From the human T2T-CHM13v2.0 reference genome, Homo sapiens: 64,000 nucleotides of DNA. Shown in pieces: positions 15,755 through 29,497 of this stretch. The notes below the pieces were generated by a model that ran no database searches, was not told the DNA's origin, and saw only the letters and a list, made by a program, of their open reading frames with translations. The position numbers were made by a program, and so were the translations under genes. The stretch's first letter is position 1, and each line of letters opens with the position of its first letter. The DNA is taken from the NCBI RefSeq assembly GCF_009914755.1, contig NC_060933.1; one strand, 5' to 3'.

Positions 15755-16884
15755 CTATAATTATGAACCACAAAATACAAGGAGGGACTATGGGAGAGAA
15801 GAATTCTCATGGCTGTGGAGTCTAGATTAAGCCAGCAGAGGATAGTTCTCCAAAGTAGGAGGCACACCTTGATTTGAGAGGCAACAACCTGTTTGGAATG
15901 ATAGAAATATGGTGGGCAAGCTGGCAGCAGAAGCTTTCCTGCAATCTCACTGCCTTCTGCACTTTTAGCTCCACCATTTCTAGGTCACTCTCTTACGTAC
16001 CCTAACTCCAAGAATCCTTCAAACACCCTCCTTCTGGAACAAACCATTCATTCTGATCTGGTTGCCCTCACCCACCTCATATCACCTTCCTTGTTTACCC
16101 AGTTTAAATTTCTTGATCAATTATTGTATCAGTTATTTGCATACATTCTTAATTTCCTTGCCCTTTTTTCACTTCCTCTTACTCACCTGGGAAAATTCCA
16201 ACCCTGCTTTATCTTAGATTCTGAGCTTTGACTTGTGCAGCTGAATGTGGGTGGCGAAAACCCCACAACCGTGCTGCTGTGTCTCAAACGTGCCGCTGAG
16301 GCATCTGGTGGGCTCTGACTGCTGCTTGATAATCAGAGTACATGTTCTTGGTCCTTTCACCCTCCTGCTCTTCTAAATGACTTCATGTTTTCACTTTTAC
16401 CTTTGCACTCCAACGACTCTACATATTGTCCTCAAGCCCCCCAAAATTTACTGTCAGTTGATGAACTTGCTTCCTATATATAGAAAAAAAGAATATATCA
16501 TCAAATGGAAGAATGAGTTGTCAGTCTCGTATCCCGTGACCTGCCTTCTCTTACTCTTTGGCAGCCATGGAGGTGCTCTGCTTAAGAGAATTTGCCATGA
16601 GGTGTGTAGTTGGCTGACAGCCTCCCGCTGATGAACTTGTGGTTTCACACTCAAAGCTCTTTTCAGGGTTTATAGTCAAAGCTCTTTCTTCCTCTTCCCA
16701 TATGACTCTCAGGCCCCTCCCAGCCAGGATACTAGAGCTGGGTCATTTTTGCCTCACATGTGATTCTCCTAACAGGCAACCTCTGTTTTGCTATCTTTTA
16801 TTGATCTGATAAAGACTTTCTCATAGTGGCACTATGGTCTAAGTCTCCTCCTACCCAATCTTCCTCCTCCTTTTTCATTCTTTA

Positions 16885-17480
16885 AGCCTTTTTGAGATTT
16901 AATTCACATATCACACAATTCACCTATTTACAGTGTACAATACTAGTTTTTACTATAATCAGAGTTATGCAACCATCGCCACAATCAATCTCAGAAAATT
17001 TTTATCATCCAAAAAAGAAACCCATACTCTTTAGTGGTCACTACCCAATACCCGCCTCTCCATGCTCCAAACCCTTATGGCCCCAGACATCCACTAATCT
17101 ACTTTATGTCTTTATAAATTGGTTCCTTCTGGATAATTCATATAAAGGAATCATACAATACGTGGTCTTTTGTGAGTGGCTTCTTTCAGTTAGCATGATG
17201 TTTTCAAGGTTCATCCATGTTGCAGCATATATCTGTACTTTGTTCCTTTTATTGATGAATAATATTCCATTGCATGGCTTTATCACATTTTATTTATGCA
17301 TTTGTCAGTTGATGGACATTTGGATTGTTTCTACTTTGGGGCTATTATGAATAATACTGCAGTGAACATTTGTGTACCGGTTTTTGTGTGGATATTTGTT
17401 TTCATTTCTTTGGGTGTATACCTAGGGGTGGAATTGTTGGTTCATATGACAACTGTGTGTTTAACATTTGGAAGTGCTAC
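16885..17480 (-). mobile_element. Old L1 (L1MB/ME-like) 3'UTR
   Basis: gttttcaaggttcatccatgttg, gttgatggacatttggattgttt motifs. Confidence 0.8.
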
Positions 17481-17659
17481 CCAGTCCTCTTCATTCCCTT
17501 TCTTCATTTACAGGTCTCAGACCTGCATCATAGTCTGAAGGATCTCCCCAACCTACACCTGCTCTCTTTTCCATTTATTCTTCACAGGTGTTTCTCCCAA
17601 AATCTCTTGCACATGTAATTCCATCCTGACATCTGCTTCTCATAGTACCCACACTTACA

Positions 17660-18730
17660 CATCCTGGTGAATACTCTGTGCTCCCATCTAAGGCCTAGAT
17701 CCTGTCACCTTTTCCTACTCAGGGACATTGCTCCAGCAATTCCTCTTCTCCTTGCCTCATCATTAATTGTTACTTTTCCAGTGGACCATTATATAACTTA
17801 CATGTTATTTCTCAGAATCAATTGTTTAATTCATCGAACAATTTTTCTCTTGGCTCCACTTCTTTTTCCAGCACTTTTCACATTTCTCTCTTCTCCTTTA
17901 ATAAAAACTTCTCCCTAATAGTTGTCTACACTCTATATTTACTCAATATCTTGACCCACTAGTTTATAATTGCTTTTGTCAATGGTTCAACACAATAGAC
18001 AATTCTAAGCTCTTATCTTAGTTGACATAGCAATATTTCATGCAGTCAATTCCCCCTCCTCTTTAAAATATTTGGCCTTCTGCGTGTTGGCTAAAAACAA
18101 AATAAAATAAAAAACTTGGCCTTCAGATGATAATATTATTGATTTTTTTCCCTAGCATACTGGCTCCTCATCAGTCTCATTTGCTGGTTCCTTCTACTGC
18201 CTCCAAACTCTGAACATTGGATGGACTATCCCAGGTTTTTGTCATTGGATCTCTTCTCTTTTCTATCTATATCTACACTCAGTCTCTTGGTGACTTCACC
18301 CCATACCATGGTTTTAAATACCTATTTTTATGCTGATGACTGCCAGTTTTATTTCTCTAGCTCAGACATCTCTCCTGAACTCCAGTCTCATATATTTGAC
18401 TGCTTATCTGATTTCTCCTCTTGCATACCTAATAAGCTTCTCATACTTATTTTGTCCAAACTGAGCTCTTAAACTTCTTCTTACCCAGTCTTCTTTATCT
18501 CAGTAAAAGACAACTTTATCTTTACAGTAGCTTGGGTCAAAACCTCAGAGTCGAGTCATCTTTGACTATTTTAGTTCTCTCACACCCTAGATCTAATCCA
18601 TTAGCAAATCCTGCTGACTATCTTTGGAATGTATTCTGAATCCTGTAACTTCTCACTGCATCCAAGGACATCACCCAGGTCCAATCCAAAGTATTTTCCA
18701 ACTAGCTATTGCAACAGGCCCCATATTGGT
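17660..18730 (+). mobile_element. L2 LINE fragment including reverse-transcriptase YADD remnant
   Basis: ORF 18221-18472 contains YADDCQFYFSSSDISPELQSHIFDCLSD, typical of the L2/CR1-clade RT region. Confidence 0.8.
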
Positions 18731-19021
18731 CTTGTTGCTACTCTTGGTCCCTATAGATATTAAGAAATTATTGTTAATTTTGGGGGCTGTGATAATTTGT
18801 GGTAATTATATTTTTAAAAAGTGCTTATTGGTTAGAAATGCGTATAGTTAGACATACATACTAAAACATCTATAGGAAAAAATCACGATATCTGGGGTCT
18901 GCAAACATTTTGGGGGAAGCAGAATAAACAAGATTGGCAAAATGTTGACAGCTATGAAGGTGAATTATGGGTTAAGGAAGGCTTAATACTATTATTGATA
19001 ACAGAAGAGATTAGAGAAATA

Positions 19022-19553
19022 CAGTAGTCCCCCCTTATCTGCAGTTTCACTTTCTATGATTTCAGTTACCTTGGTCTGAAAATATTAAATGAAAAATTCC
19101 AGAAATAAACAATTATTAAGTTTTAAATTGTGTGCTGTTTTGAGTAGCATGATGAAATCTCTACTGTCCTGCCTTGACCTGTGCAGGAAGTGAATTATCC
19201 CTTTGTCCAGCATATCCATGCTGTACATGCTAACTGCCTGTAAGTCTCTTAATAGCTGTTTTGGTTATCAGATCGTTGCAATATCACAGTGTGTGTGTTC
19301 AAGTAACCTTTGTTTTACTTAGTATTAGCCCCAAAGCTCAAGAGTAGTGATGCTGGCATATTGTTATAATTGTTCTCTTTTATTTTTAGTTATTGCTAAT
19401 CTCTTACTGTGCCTAATTTATAAATTAAACTTTATCATAAGTACATATGTATAGGAAAAACATAGTATATATGGGATTCAGTACTAACCAAGGTTTCAGG
19501 TATCCACTGTGGTTCTTGGAATATATGCCCTGTGGATAAGGTAGGGACTACTG
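19022..19553. mobile_element. MER44/Tigger7-type TcMar element
   Basis: TIRs cagtagtccc..cttatc / gataag..gggactactg with TA flanks. Confidence 0.85.
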
Positions 19554-19600
19554 TACCTTGAAAGTTCTTAAGGAGAAGAAGCACAATCAAGAAATTTACA

Positions 19601-20042
<442 letters not shown>

Positions 20043-20184
20043 CTATAGCAAAATGACTTGTGAATGTTGAATGTCTTATATTGTAGGACTAAGAATAAAA
20101 TAAATGTGGAGATTATAGCTACAGAACAGAATGCCAGTTTTTAGAAATGATGTAAGTTACAAAAGTAGTCTCAATATTATTCTG

Positions 20185-20485
20185 TTTATTTATTTATATT
20201 TTTTTGAGGCAGAGTCTTACTCTGTTGCCCAGGCTGGAGTGCGGTGACACATGATCTCTGCTCACTGCAATCTCCACCTCCTGGGTTCACAGAATTCTCC
20301 TGCCTCAGCCTCCCAAGTAGCTGGGACTACAAGCACGCACCACACCTGACTAATTTTTTGTATTTTAGTAGAGACAGGGTTTCACCATGTTGGCCAGGCT
20401 GGTCTCTAACTCCTGGCCTCAAGTGATCCGCCCACCTTGGCCTCCCAAAGTGCTAGGATTACAGGTGTGAGCCACCATGCCTGGC
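20185..20485 (-). mobile_element. AluS
   Basis: Reverse full-length Alu. Confidence 0.87.
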
Positions 20486-20568
20486 ACTATTCATTTTTCA
20501 AACTCAAATGACATCTACTTTAAGAGAACATACTTTGTGGGGAGAAAGATCTAGATTCAAATAGCAAC

Positions 20569-21437
20569 TTTAATACTAGAAGTTATGTCAGTTTGGGTTT
20601 GAAATGAAATTCAGGCAATTTCTGTACTTTATTTTCTGTAAAATAGAGATAATAATACTTACCTAATAGGGTATAAAACCAAATAATAAAAATTTCAGTC
20701 ATTTCAATATTTATTGTACCAGGCACTGTCCTACGTATTAGGTATATATGGTAATGAATAAAATAGACCTGGAACTCACCTCTCCTTGAAAGAAACAGAC
20801 AAATAAATAAATGAAATATATTGTATGTGAAGTGGTAATAAGTGCAATGGAAATAAACTAATTAAGTGTTTGGTGTAGGTTGAGGATGGAGAGGCATTGA
20901 AATTTCAATTGTAATTGCATCTCACCTAAGGAGGTGATGAAGTGAGCCACGGGGATGTGAGAACGTGGGAGAGGGGCCAGGGAGAGTCACTGTTCTGATT
21001 CCTGGCTGCAGCTGTGATTACTGCCATATCTCTTGTAATTATGCATGTCGGCTTCCCTGAAACACCAACTCTGGCCTTCTACAACTTCAGACCAAGGTCT
21101 CCCAGTCGAGTGCCTTCCTGTTTGCATTCTATGACTGAGCCACAAACAGCCCTGTCTTGAGCTCTTATTTTCTTATAAAGTTTCTGGATATATCTGTATT
21201 TTATTTGGTATGCTCTTAATTATAGCCCTCTCTCCCCATTCCTCTTCTCGCTGCTGGAAGGTGGTGGATGGCTAGGCTGGAAGGCTATCCTGAGCAATAC
21301 CGTCTTATGTTGGTATTTATTATTTGGTTTTATACCCTATTAGGTAAGTATTATTATCTCTATTTTACAGAAAATAAAGTACAGAAATAGCCTGAATTTC
21401 ATTTCAAACCCAAACTGACATAACCTCTGGTATTAAA
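20569..21437. repeat. Inverted repeat: arms 20569-20690 and 21316-21437 (MIR-derived sequence)
   Basis: 119/122 identity, no gaps, by manual alignment; 625-nt spacer. Confidence 0.95.
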
Positions 21438-22419
21438 TACCAATTATCAGTCATCACACCTCCTAATACCCAGTCATTTTATCCAGGCTAAGCTTCTGCA
21501 CCTCAAGTTCTTCCCTTAAGGTGAATTTTTTCTATAGCGAGACCTCTGCCCAGGGAGTTAAGTGCTAACCTGTTTCCTGATAGCTTAGGGGTATTATTAA
21601 TACGGAGGATTTGGCCACTGATCCTCATTTTGTCCTGCTATTGTTCTTATTCATTAATTCATTTATACAATGGCACTTATTTAACATATACTATGTGTCA
21701 AACTTGCATTGATACTGGATATACAATAGGGAATAAAACAAATATAGTTCTGCCCTCATGGTCTACAAGGGTTTCTTTGGATTCTTATAGAATACACTCT
21801 TCCTCTGCCTACCCTACCAGGTAACAAATAGGTATATTTCTTGGGCTGCCTCATGTCTGCACACTCCATAACTTGTTGTACATGTATTTATATCTGATGA
21901 TTGTATCTAATCAATTATCTCTATGATTTGTAAGGTCTTTCAGCAGCAACATTTGTGATTTTAGAATTTGATTGATTTGTAATAAGTGTACTCAGTGCTA
22001 TTTGACTTAAATTTGTTGCACTGCAACTTAGTGTAGCCCTGATAAAACTGGGGCTCCCATGTGGTCTGGCATATACAGTAAATGCCTTAAAAACACAAGC
22101 GTTATAATCAAGAATACTTGAAGAAAAAATTTAAGGTTTTATATAAAGGGAATGAAAGTAGGTCCACTTTATAAGTTAAAGCAAAATGTTTTAAAATTCT
22201 CTATTGCCATCCACTTCTTATTCCCATCTACATACTGAAGCAACTTGAAAGAAAGATCTCTTCTTTTTGTTCATTCTTCAAGTCAAGGTACTGCATCTGT
22301 GCCTCACTTATATTTTATTCCCTAACCCCTCCCCACCATATCACCTGTTATGAAAGGCAACCTAAGTTCTTTGGCTTATTTATTTTCTTTTACTTTACCC
22401 ATTACAAGGATTCTCTACA

Positions 22420-22610
22420 ACAGTGGTTCTTGAACTTTAGTGTGCCTCAGAATTGTCTGGAAGGCCTGTTAAAACACAAATGGCTGGACCCTACTTCCAG
22501 AGTTTCTGATACAGAAAGTCTGGGTTGGGGCTCAAAAATGTACATTTCTAACGTGTTCCCAGGTAATGCTGATGCTGCCTGTCCATGGACCACATTTTGA
22601 GAGCCACTCC
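22420..22610. mobile_element. MER5A
   Basis: cagtggttcttgaact..ttttgagagccact termini and typical core. Confidence 0.8.
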
Positions 22611-25600
22611 TCTACAGTATAGCATCTGGGAGCCATTCCAGCAAATAAGAAATCTATCCATGGATAGAAGCCTTTGCTATATATTATACATAAATATTGT
22701 TACCTGATTGCCTATATATTAATATGAAGCTTATGAATTTAATGAATCATCTTCCATCACCACGTTTAAAATTCTGTGGGTTGGGGTGTATACTTGGGAT
22801 AGGCTCAGCTATAAGCAAGAAGAGTAAAGGAAATAATATTTATTACTTGCTTGTCTATTCAGGAGATAGTAGAGTGTGATTGTTAGAGGAGTTAGCTGTG
22901 CAGCCAGGCCCTTTGGGGTTCAGTCTTAGCCCAGCAGGATTTCTGAGAGACACTTGAAAGACATTTAACCTTTTGTTCCTCACTTTCTTTTGAGATGAGG
23001 ATAATGCAAGTAACCACCTCATAGCCTTGTGGTGAGGCTCAAATGATTTGATACATATAAAACTCTTGAAGATGCCTGATATGTTGTATGAACTGTGATG
23101 TTACCTATTATTGTTATCAGGAATTTGTTGAGTGTTTTCTACATGTTATCTCATTATAACCTCAAATCAATCCTAAATGCAAGTGCCCCTATTATTCTCA
23201 TTGTAGAGACTAGAAAACAGAAGTTTAGAAAAATTGAGTAACAGATTAAAATCTCCCAGCTAGTAACAATCTCTGGTCTTTGTATTTTTCCAGCATTTTC
23301 CCAAAGGAATCATTTCCTCCTGTAAGAAAAATGGTTCAGGAAATCTGTACGATTCAAAAGCATATTTGAAGATAATTGGATAATTACTTGATCAGTATGG
23401 TTGATGAATTTTATAGTCAATATTATTGTGTCTACTTTAAAATGTAATCAAGGCAAAAATGGAGGCAACGATGGGTAAAAGAGTGGTTGTGTAACACACT
23501 AGTGAGTTTCTAACATTTACAGAGTACCGTTACATAACAGGCGTTTAATAAATACTGGTCAAACGACTGGGATGAGTGTGTTTTGGAACTAAAATTACCT
23601 AAAATTAAAGATTCATAATATTGAGTTAGTGAGATTATAGAGAAATGAGCATTGATATACTACTGTGGAACTTCTGGAAGTTGATTTGACAGTAGTCAAC
23701 AAATTTTAAATTTGTATTTCCTTTGGTACAGAGAGTCTAAGTGTCTATCCCAGGAAATACATTTTTGCCCATGAAATGCATGTTCAATGCCTTCAAATTT
23801 AACACTGTGTAACTGGAGAAATTAGAAACCTAAATGTTCATAAATAAATTATTTAATAAATTATTAGCACCTGTTTTACTGACACAGTATAAGAGTTAAA
23901 ATGAATGAGAAAAGCAATATATATTGACATGAAGTATCTCCAAGGTATTCTAAGTGAAAAAAATGTTAACAGAAAAACATGTGTAGAATAACCCATTTTA
24001 TTTATTTACCAAGCTCAAAACTATATCTATAGGAGATATGTAAGAAAATGCATTGGAAAAAGTTTGAAAGAGTAAATCTCAGATAGTTATTAATGGTGGC
24101 CTCTGGAAATTGAAGAGGGCTGGGAGAAGAGGGTCAAGAGAAATTTCCACTTTGTACATTTTTTCTTCTATGTTGTTTGGATTTTCCACAATTGCTATGT
24201 ATTTATGTTTACTTGTGAAATTAAAAATGAAAAAAAGTAGTTTGCTCAACAAATATACTTAAAAGCCCTTTAATAAATATAATAGACATTAATATGTACA
24301 ACAGTAAGTTTTCATGAGCCTTAAAACATATCTATTCTGGTAATACGCATTTGTTTTCAAAAACCTCCAAAGTCATCACTGTTACTAAAATTTTATTACT
24401 TGTAATGCTATTGAGTCCCAGAATATTTCCTGTGAGTAGTAAAAGAGCTGAATTAGCATCTGAGTGGAAAGCACATGATACTAAAATTCTTGTAGGATTA
24501 GACTGCTCAGCCAAAAGAGCTTGCCTTAGCACTGTGACATCATTTTATGCTTGATCTATAACAGGTGGAGATGACAGTAAACATAACAAAGCACCATTAC
24601 ACAAAAGGAGAAAGCAAAGAACTGTTTTTCCCCTCCAAATGGACAGCTATATCATGTTCAGTGGGGGACACTGTTAGATGTGGATGGGAAACCTAAGTAT
24701 GTGGATAAAGTAAGACCACCCTAATAAGGGCGCTCCCTTAATACCAGCTGCCTTTTCTAGAAGGAAAACACCTGCTTTCCCTCTGATCAACTCTCATGAC
24801 ATAGAGATAAAGAGGTACAGCCTCAAACCTCAGAAGGATAAGGCATTCAGGGAAAAAAAGGGGGAAGGAGAAGAGAAAAGTCTAGTTAAGGACAAATTAT
24901 GGACATTTGGAGGTATATGGCCAAGCAGGAGTAGAAGTTAAAATGGAGAACTGTTTCATGCAGCATTTTCTGGTCCAGTTGTGTATTTTGTAGTTGAAAT
25001 GGAAATACACAGTATTCCACCACATCAGTATGATACTTTAATATCAAATCAGATTTTCCTTTGGTCAATAGCATAGCTAGAGTGGAATGACCACAGCAAT
25101 TCCTATAGCTACAGCCCAGAAAATTCACAAAATTATTAAGTTACAGAGAAATTAGAGTGAAGCAAGTGAGAAAAGAAAACAGAACAGGGGTGAAGGGTGT
25201 GGTGGTTGGGAGAAGGAGGCGTGGGTGAGAAAAATTTCACTGTAGTAAACGTCCATCATAATCAAAGAGGGCTTATCTTCTGCTAACCTATGGGTTATAT
25301 GTAATATCTCAGATTATGACTAATACTTGCATAGTTCTGCTTGGCTTTATGATTGAAGATAGACTTCCACACTTTGTGGGTGAATCATACATTTTTTTTA
25401 AATATACATTTTCCCTGTTGTAATTTGACAGAGTATTTTTCTCTCTCATCAGCTTACTATGATGTCTCCCTTACTCCTGGTTATTTCAGTTGTGAGTACG
25501 CTGACACTACTAGATCTAACTTAAGTCAAAAGGAGAAATTTGTCATAAGGAAGTATTTTCAAGATAGAAAATGCATGAAGTTTTGGTGGACCTTATAAGA

Positions 25601-26019
25601 AAGAGGGAACTGAAAAGCTATGGGGACACATACTGCGCACATTCTCTCTCTCTTCTCTTCTGTGGCATTCTTCTCTCCTATAGCAAATCAGCTTTCTGTG
25701 CAAGAATGAAGATGGTAACCTCATAGTGGCAGCCTTAACTTTAGAGCATGGGTAACCTCATTTCAAGTGAACAGAAAAGTCTGATTTGCTGTTTTTGAAT
25801 CCCAACTCCAAATTCCCCAGGAGTGAGACTCTGATGGCTCAGCTTGGTCCAATCAAGGGGTGTGGGAAGCAGGGTGTCACAAACTAGAACGTAGGTGCCA
25901 GAGGCTGGCTACTCTGGGTGAAGAGGACAGTTCTCAGCAAAGAGGACAGAATCCTTAGTCTAAATTAGGACTCAGGAATTAAGTCTCTGAGTCTCTGTAA
26001 ACTAACAATTATGCTAGGG

Positions 26020-26344
<325 letters not shown>

Positions 26345-28188
26345 GAAATTTTGTTTTTAAGAGTGAATGCTGGCATGAATCCTTTCACACACACAAAAAA
26401 TGTTTTTCGTGAATAGGCAACTATATGTCTAACAGTTTTAAGTTAAATTTTTTAAAAGTAGGACATAGTTATAATGGTCATTTTACATATTTTGCCAAAT
26501 AATTATCCTCACTTGAAAGAGGTTATTAATTCTTGGCTTACAAAGGGAAAACTGTTTTGGTTTTCAAGCACCAAAGTTTAATACATCCAGTTATCTCAAG
26601 GGAATGAGGGATCTGTTCACTGGCAATATCTTTTTTGTTTTCCTTTTCTTTTTGTGATTGAAAGTAAGGATAAGGGAACTGATGTAGAGACAAGGACATG
26701 CTGAAGTACCGAGGAGGTATTGGAAAATTTCTTTGCCATAGCCAACCAAATTTTGGAATAAATGGTACTAAAATATCTGGATGATTTGTAGTAAAAAAAA
26801 CATTGCTTGCTTGTCTGTCTACTTGATTAATACCCCTTGCCTTTGTCTTTTGGCTTATAATCCTACATTTGGAATAAATAAGCCTCTTTCCATATTTTAT
26901 TCCTTTCTGCCTTCAGGAAAGTACATCTTCCCTGTTTTGGAAAGAAACAAACTAACTCCTGGACTTCTCCCCATCCCTTCGTTTGAGCCTGTTTCCCTTT
27001 CCAAGGACTTTCCTGCATCTTTTTTTGTGCTCACATTTATGTCCCTCCTTAAGAATGATGTTTTCAGTCTCATCATTTAATGATATAGTTCTGTTTTTTA
27101 AAATTCAAATGGAGATCTTCACATTTATCTCTATTACAACTCAGCCCTTATCCTACCAGCCCACACAGTCCTGTGTAGTGCAATAAACTGTGACAAATAC
27201 TTCAATCTTCCTAATAAAATTCAACAAATTTCTTATACCTCCCAGCTTGGTTATATCTGTAAATTGGTCCTGCCACAGATATAATAGACATTTGATAACT
27301 GTGCTAAGGGTTTTAAAATACTTTTTCACCTAATCTTCAAAATCTCTCTACAGGGGAGATTATTATCCTCATTATACTGATGAGGAAACAGAGGCTTAGA
27401 AAATCTAAATAAACTTTCCTGGCAAAAGCTGTGATTGAAAGAAACCTGGGTGGTCTGGACTCTTAAAGCGTAAGTTCTTAAACCCTTGGCCATGGATTTT
27501 CAACCGTGGCTTTATGTCAAACCACCTAAAAATGTTAAAAAGTTATAGAAGCCAATGCGCCATCTCACACTTACTGAGGCAGTCTTGTTGGGGTGGGGGG
27601 AAGGTTTGGGCATAGCAGTCAAGAATCACTGCTGCCATGCTGGCCAACACTGGAAGGACAAAACCTCAAGACACTACACACAGCCCCACAGTCAACAACT
27701 AGCTGTTAAGTTTTCCCATTAGATCTTGCCACAAAGTTTTGAATCTAAATGTGTTACCTTACAGCTCATATTTCTTGTTTCTTCATATTGTATGAATGTT
27801 TTGAAAGACTTGGTCAAATTCCTTGGAATTCTTTTCATCATTATCAAAGAATAAGGGAAATTTCCTGAAATGTTTGCCTTGAGTAGCAAATTTCTAGTGA
27901 TGCCACTACCAGGAATCACATAAAGAGCTCAAAAGTTCTGTTAATACAGAGTGAAAAAAGCTCAACATTCCAGGTTAGCATTGACTTAAAATCATGTCTT
28001 AGTGATGAGGGAGGCTTTCACTTTCTGAATGACAGGAGGCAAGTTGCTTCATCTTTCTATGTGGGGAGACAGAAGATTTCTCAATTCTATAGGCTTATGA
28101 ATAATATACCCCTTGTCCACCTTGTCTTCCATACCCACATCTCTAATATTAAGAAAATAACCTGCTCCCCCACAAAAATATCCTCAAT

Positions 28189-28250
28189 ATTCACCACTTC
28201 CAAATGGCTTCTCCCTGCAATTCACCAATTTCAAATGGCTTCTCCCTGCA
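28189..28250. repeat. Tandem duplication, 2 x 31 nt
   Basis: attcacca(c/a)tt(c/t)caaatggcttctccctgca twice, 29/31 identical. Confidence 0.9.
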
Positions 28251-28929
28251 AACAGGCTGTGGACAGTAAGAGATACCATGCCTAGTTACATAAGTATATC
28301 ACTGCAAAATATAGAAACATCACTTATAATGAAAGTAATACTGTTTCAGAGTTCTAAAACAAGCATTTTCTTCCCCTCACAAAATATCACATTTCCATTT
28401 CCACAGTTGTGATGCTTTTCATTTACCCATGACGTTAAGCTCATCTTTAGCTCTTCTTCATTATGTGGGTCTGTGTTCTAGCTTTTACCTCAGTAGCAGT
28501 TTTTGTTTGCAGGAAAAAAGGAACTCTTTTGGTAGTCACTGTTTGTAATTGCGGCCTTGATATTCTAAGCCATTGAGTCACAATTAATAATTAGAAATTC
28601 TTACTAACTTTGCCCATATATTACCTATGAAGCAGTAGCCGTAGGAATGCAATTTTCCTGTAAATCCCTCCCTCTTATACAGCTCTAGTTCATTATTTAA
28701 AAGATTCAGGGTGAATTCAAGTAATTTCCTATGCTGCTATCATTTGCTTAAAGACCTTTTGCAATGGGTCTTATGTAAGAAGAAATGCAGGAGTTGCTTT
28801 GGTGAGGTTTATTTAAAGAAACCATTAAGTGCAAGACAGACCTGAAGAGCAGCATCAGTTGTGTATGGGGAAACAGGAGCTATGAATGCGTCACTTCATT
28901 TAGGTTGACAGAAAGAGGGCTAATACTTG

Positions 28930-29455
28930 AAAAAAATCCCTACACGATCTGGTGCCAGGCTACTTCTTTGGCCTCACCTCTTACCACTGCCCCCTCCTTC
29001 CGTGTCCTCCAGCCACAGTGACCTCTTTCCTGATCCTTGAACTTGCCAAACACTTTCCCTTCTCAAGGTCTTTGCCTTCAGGAGTCCCTCTGCCTGAAAT
29101 TCTTTTCCCAGATAGTCATGGGACTGGTTCATTCTCATCCTTCAGATCTCTGCTCAAATGTCACTTATTCTAGGAAATCGTTCCTGGCCACCGTAAAATA
29201 GCACACCCCCTCCTCACTTTCTACTCCTTTTCTTTGTTATTATGTATATGGCAGCAGAAAACTATGCATTTTCTTAGTGGCAATTACACACCCCGCACAT
29301 TATGCATTTAAAGCGTTGTTTGTTGTTTTGTCGCTTCCATCAGAATACAATCCAGTAGGGCAAGGAGTGTGTGGGGTCGTGTTCACCTGGTATCTCTGGG
29401 GACCTACAGCCCGGCACCTAGTAGACACTCAGTAAATATTTGAATGAATGAATGA
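28930..29455 (+). mobile_element. L2 3' end abutting the CpG island
   Basis: ctctgctcaaatgtcac..; ggcacctagtagacactcagtaaatatttgaatgaatgaatga L2 terminus. Confidence 0.8.
29168..29176. promoter_or_regulatory. GAS/STAT and BCL6-type motif TTCTAGGAA (revcomp TTCCTAGAA)
   Basis: Exact TTC-N3-GAA match ~1.2 kb upstream of exon 1; occupancy cannot be shown from sequence. Confidence 0.5.
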
Positions 29456-29497
29456 GGCCCTTTGGCAGCCGGGAAGCCCGTCACAGCCGTTGTCTCC

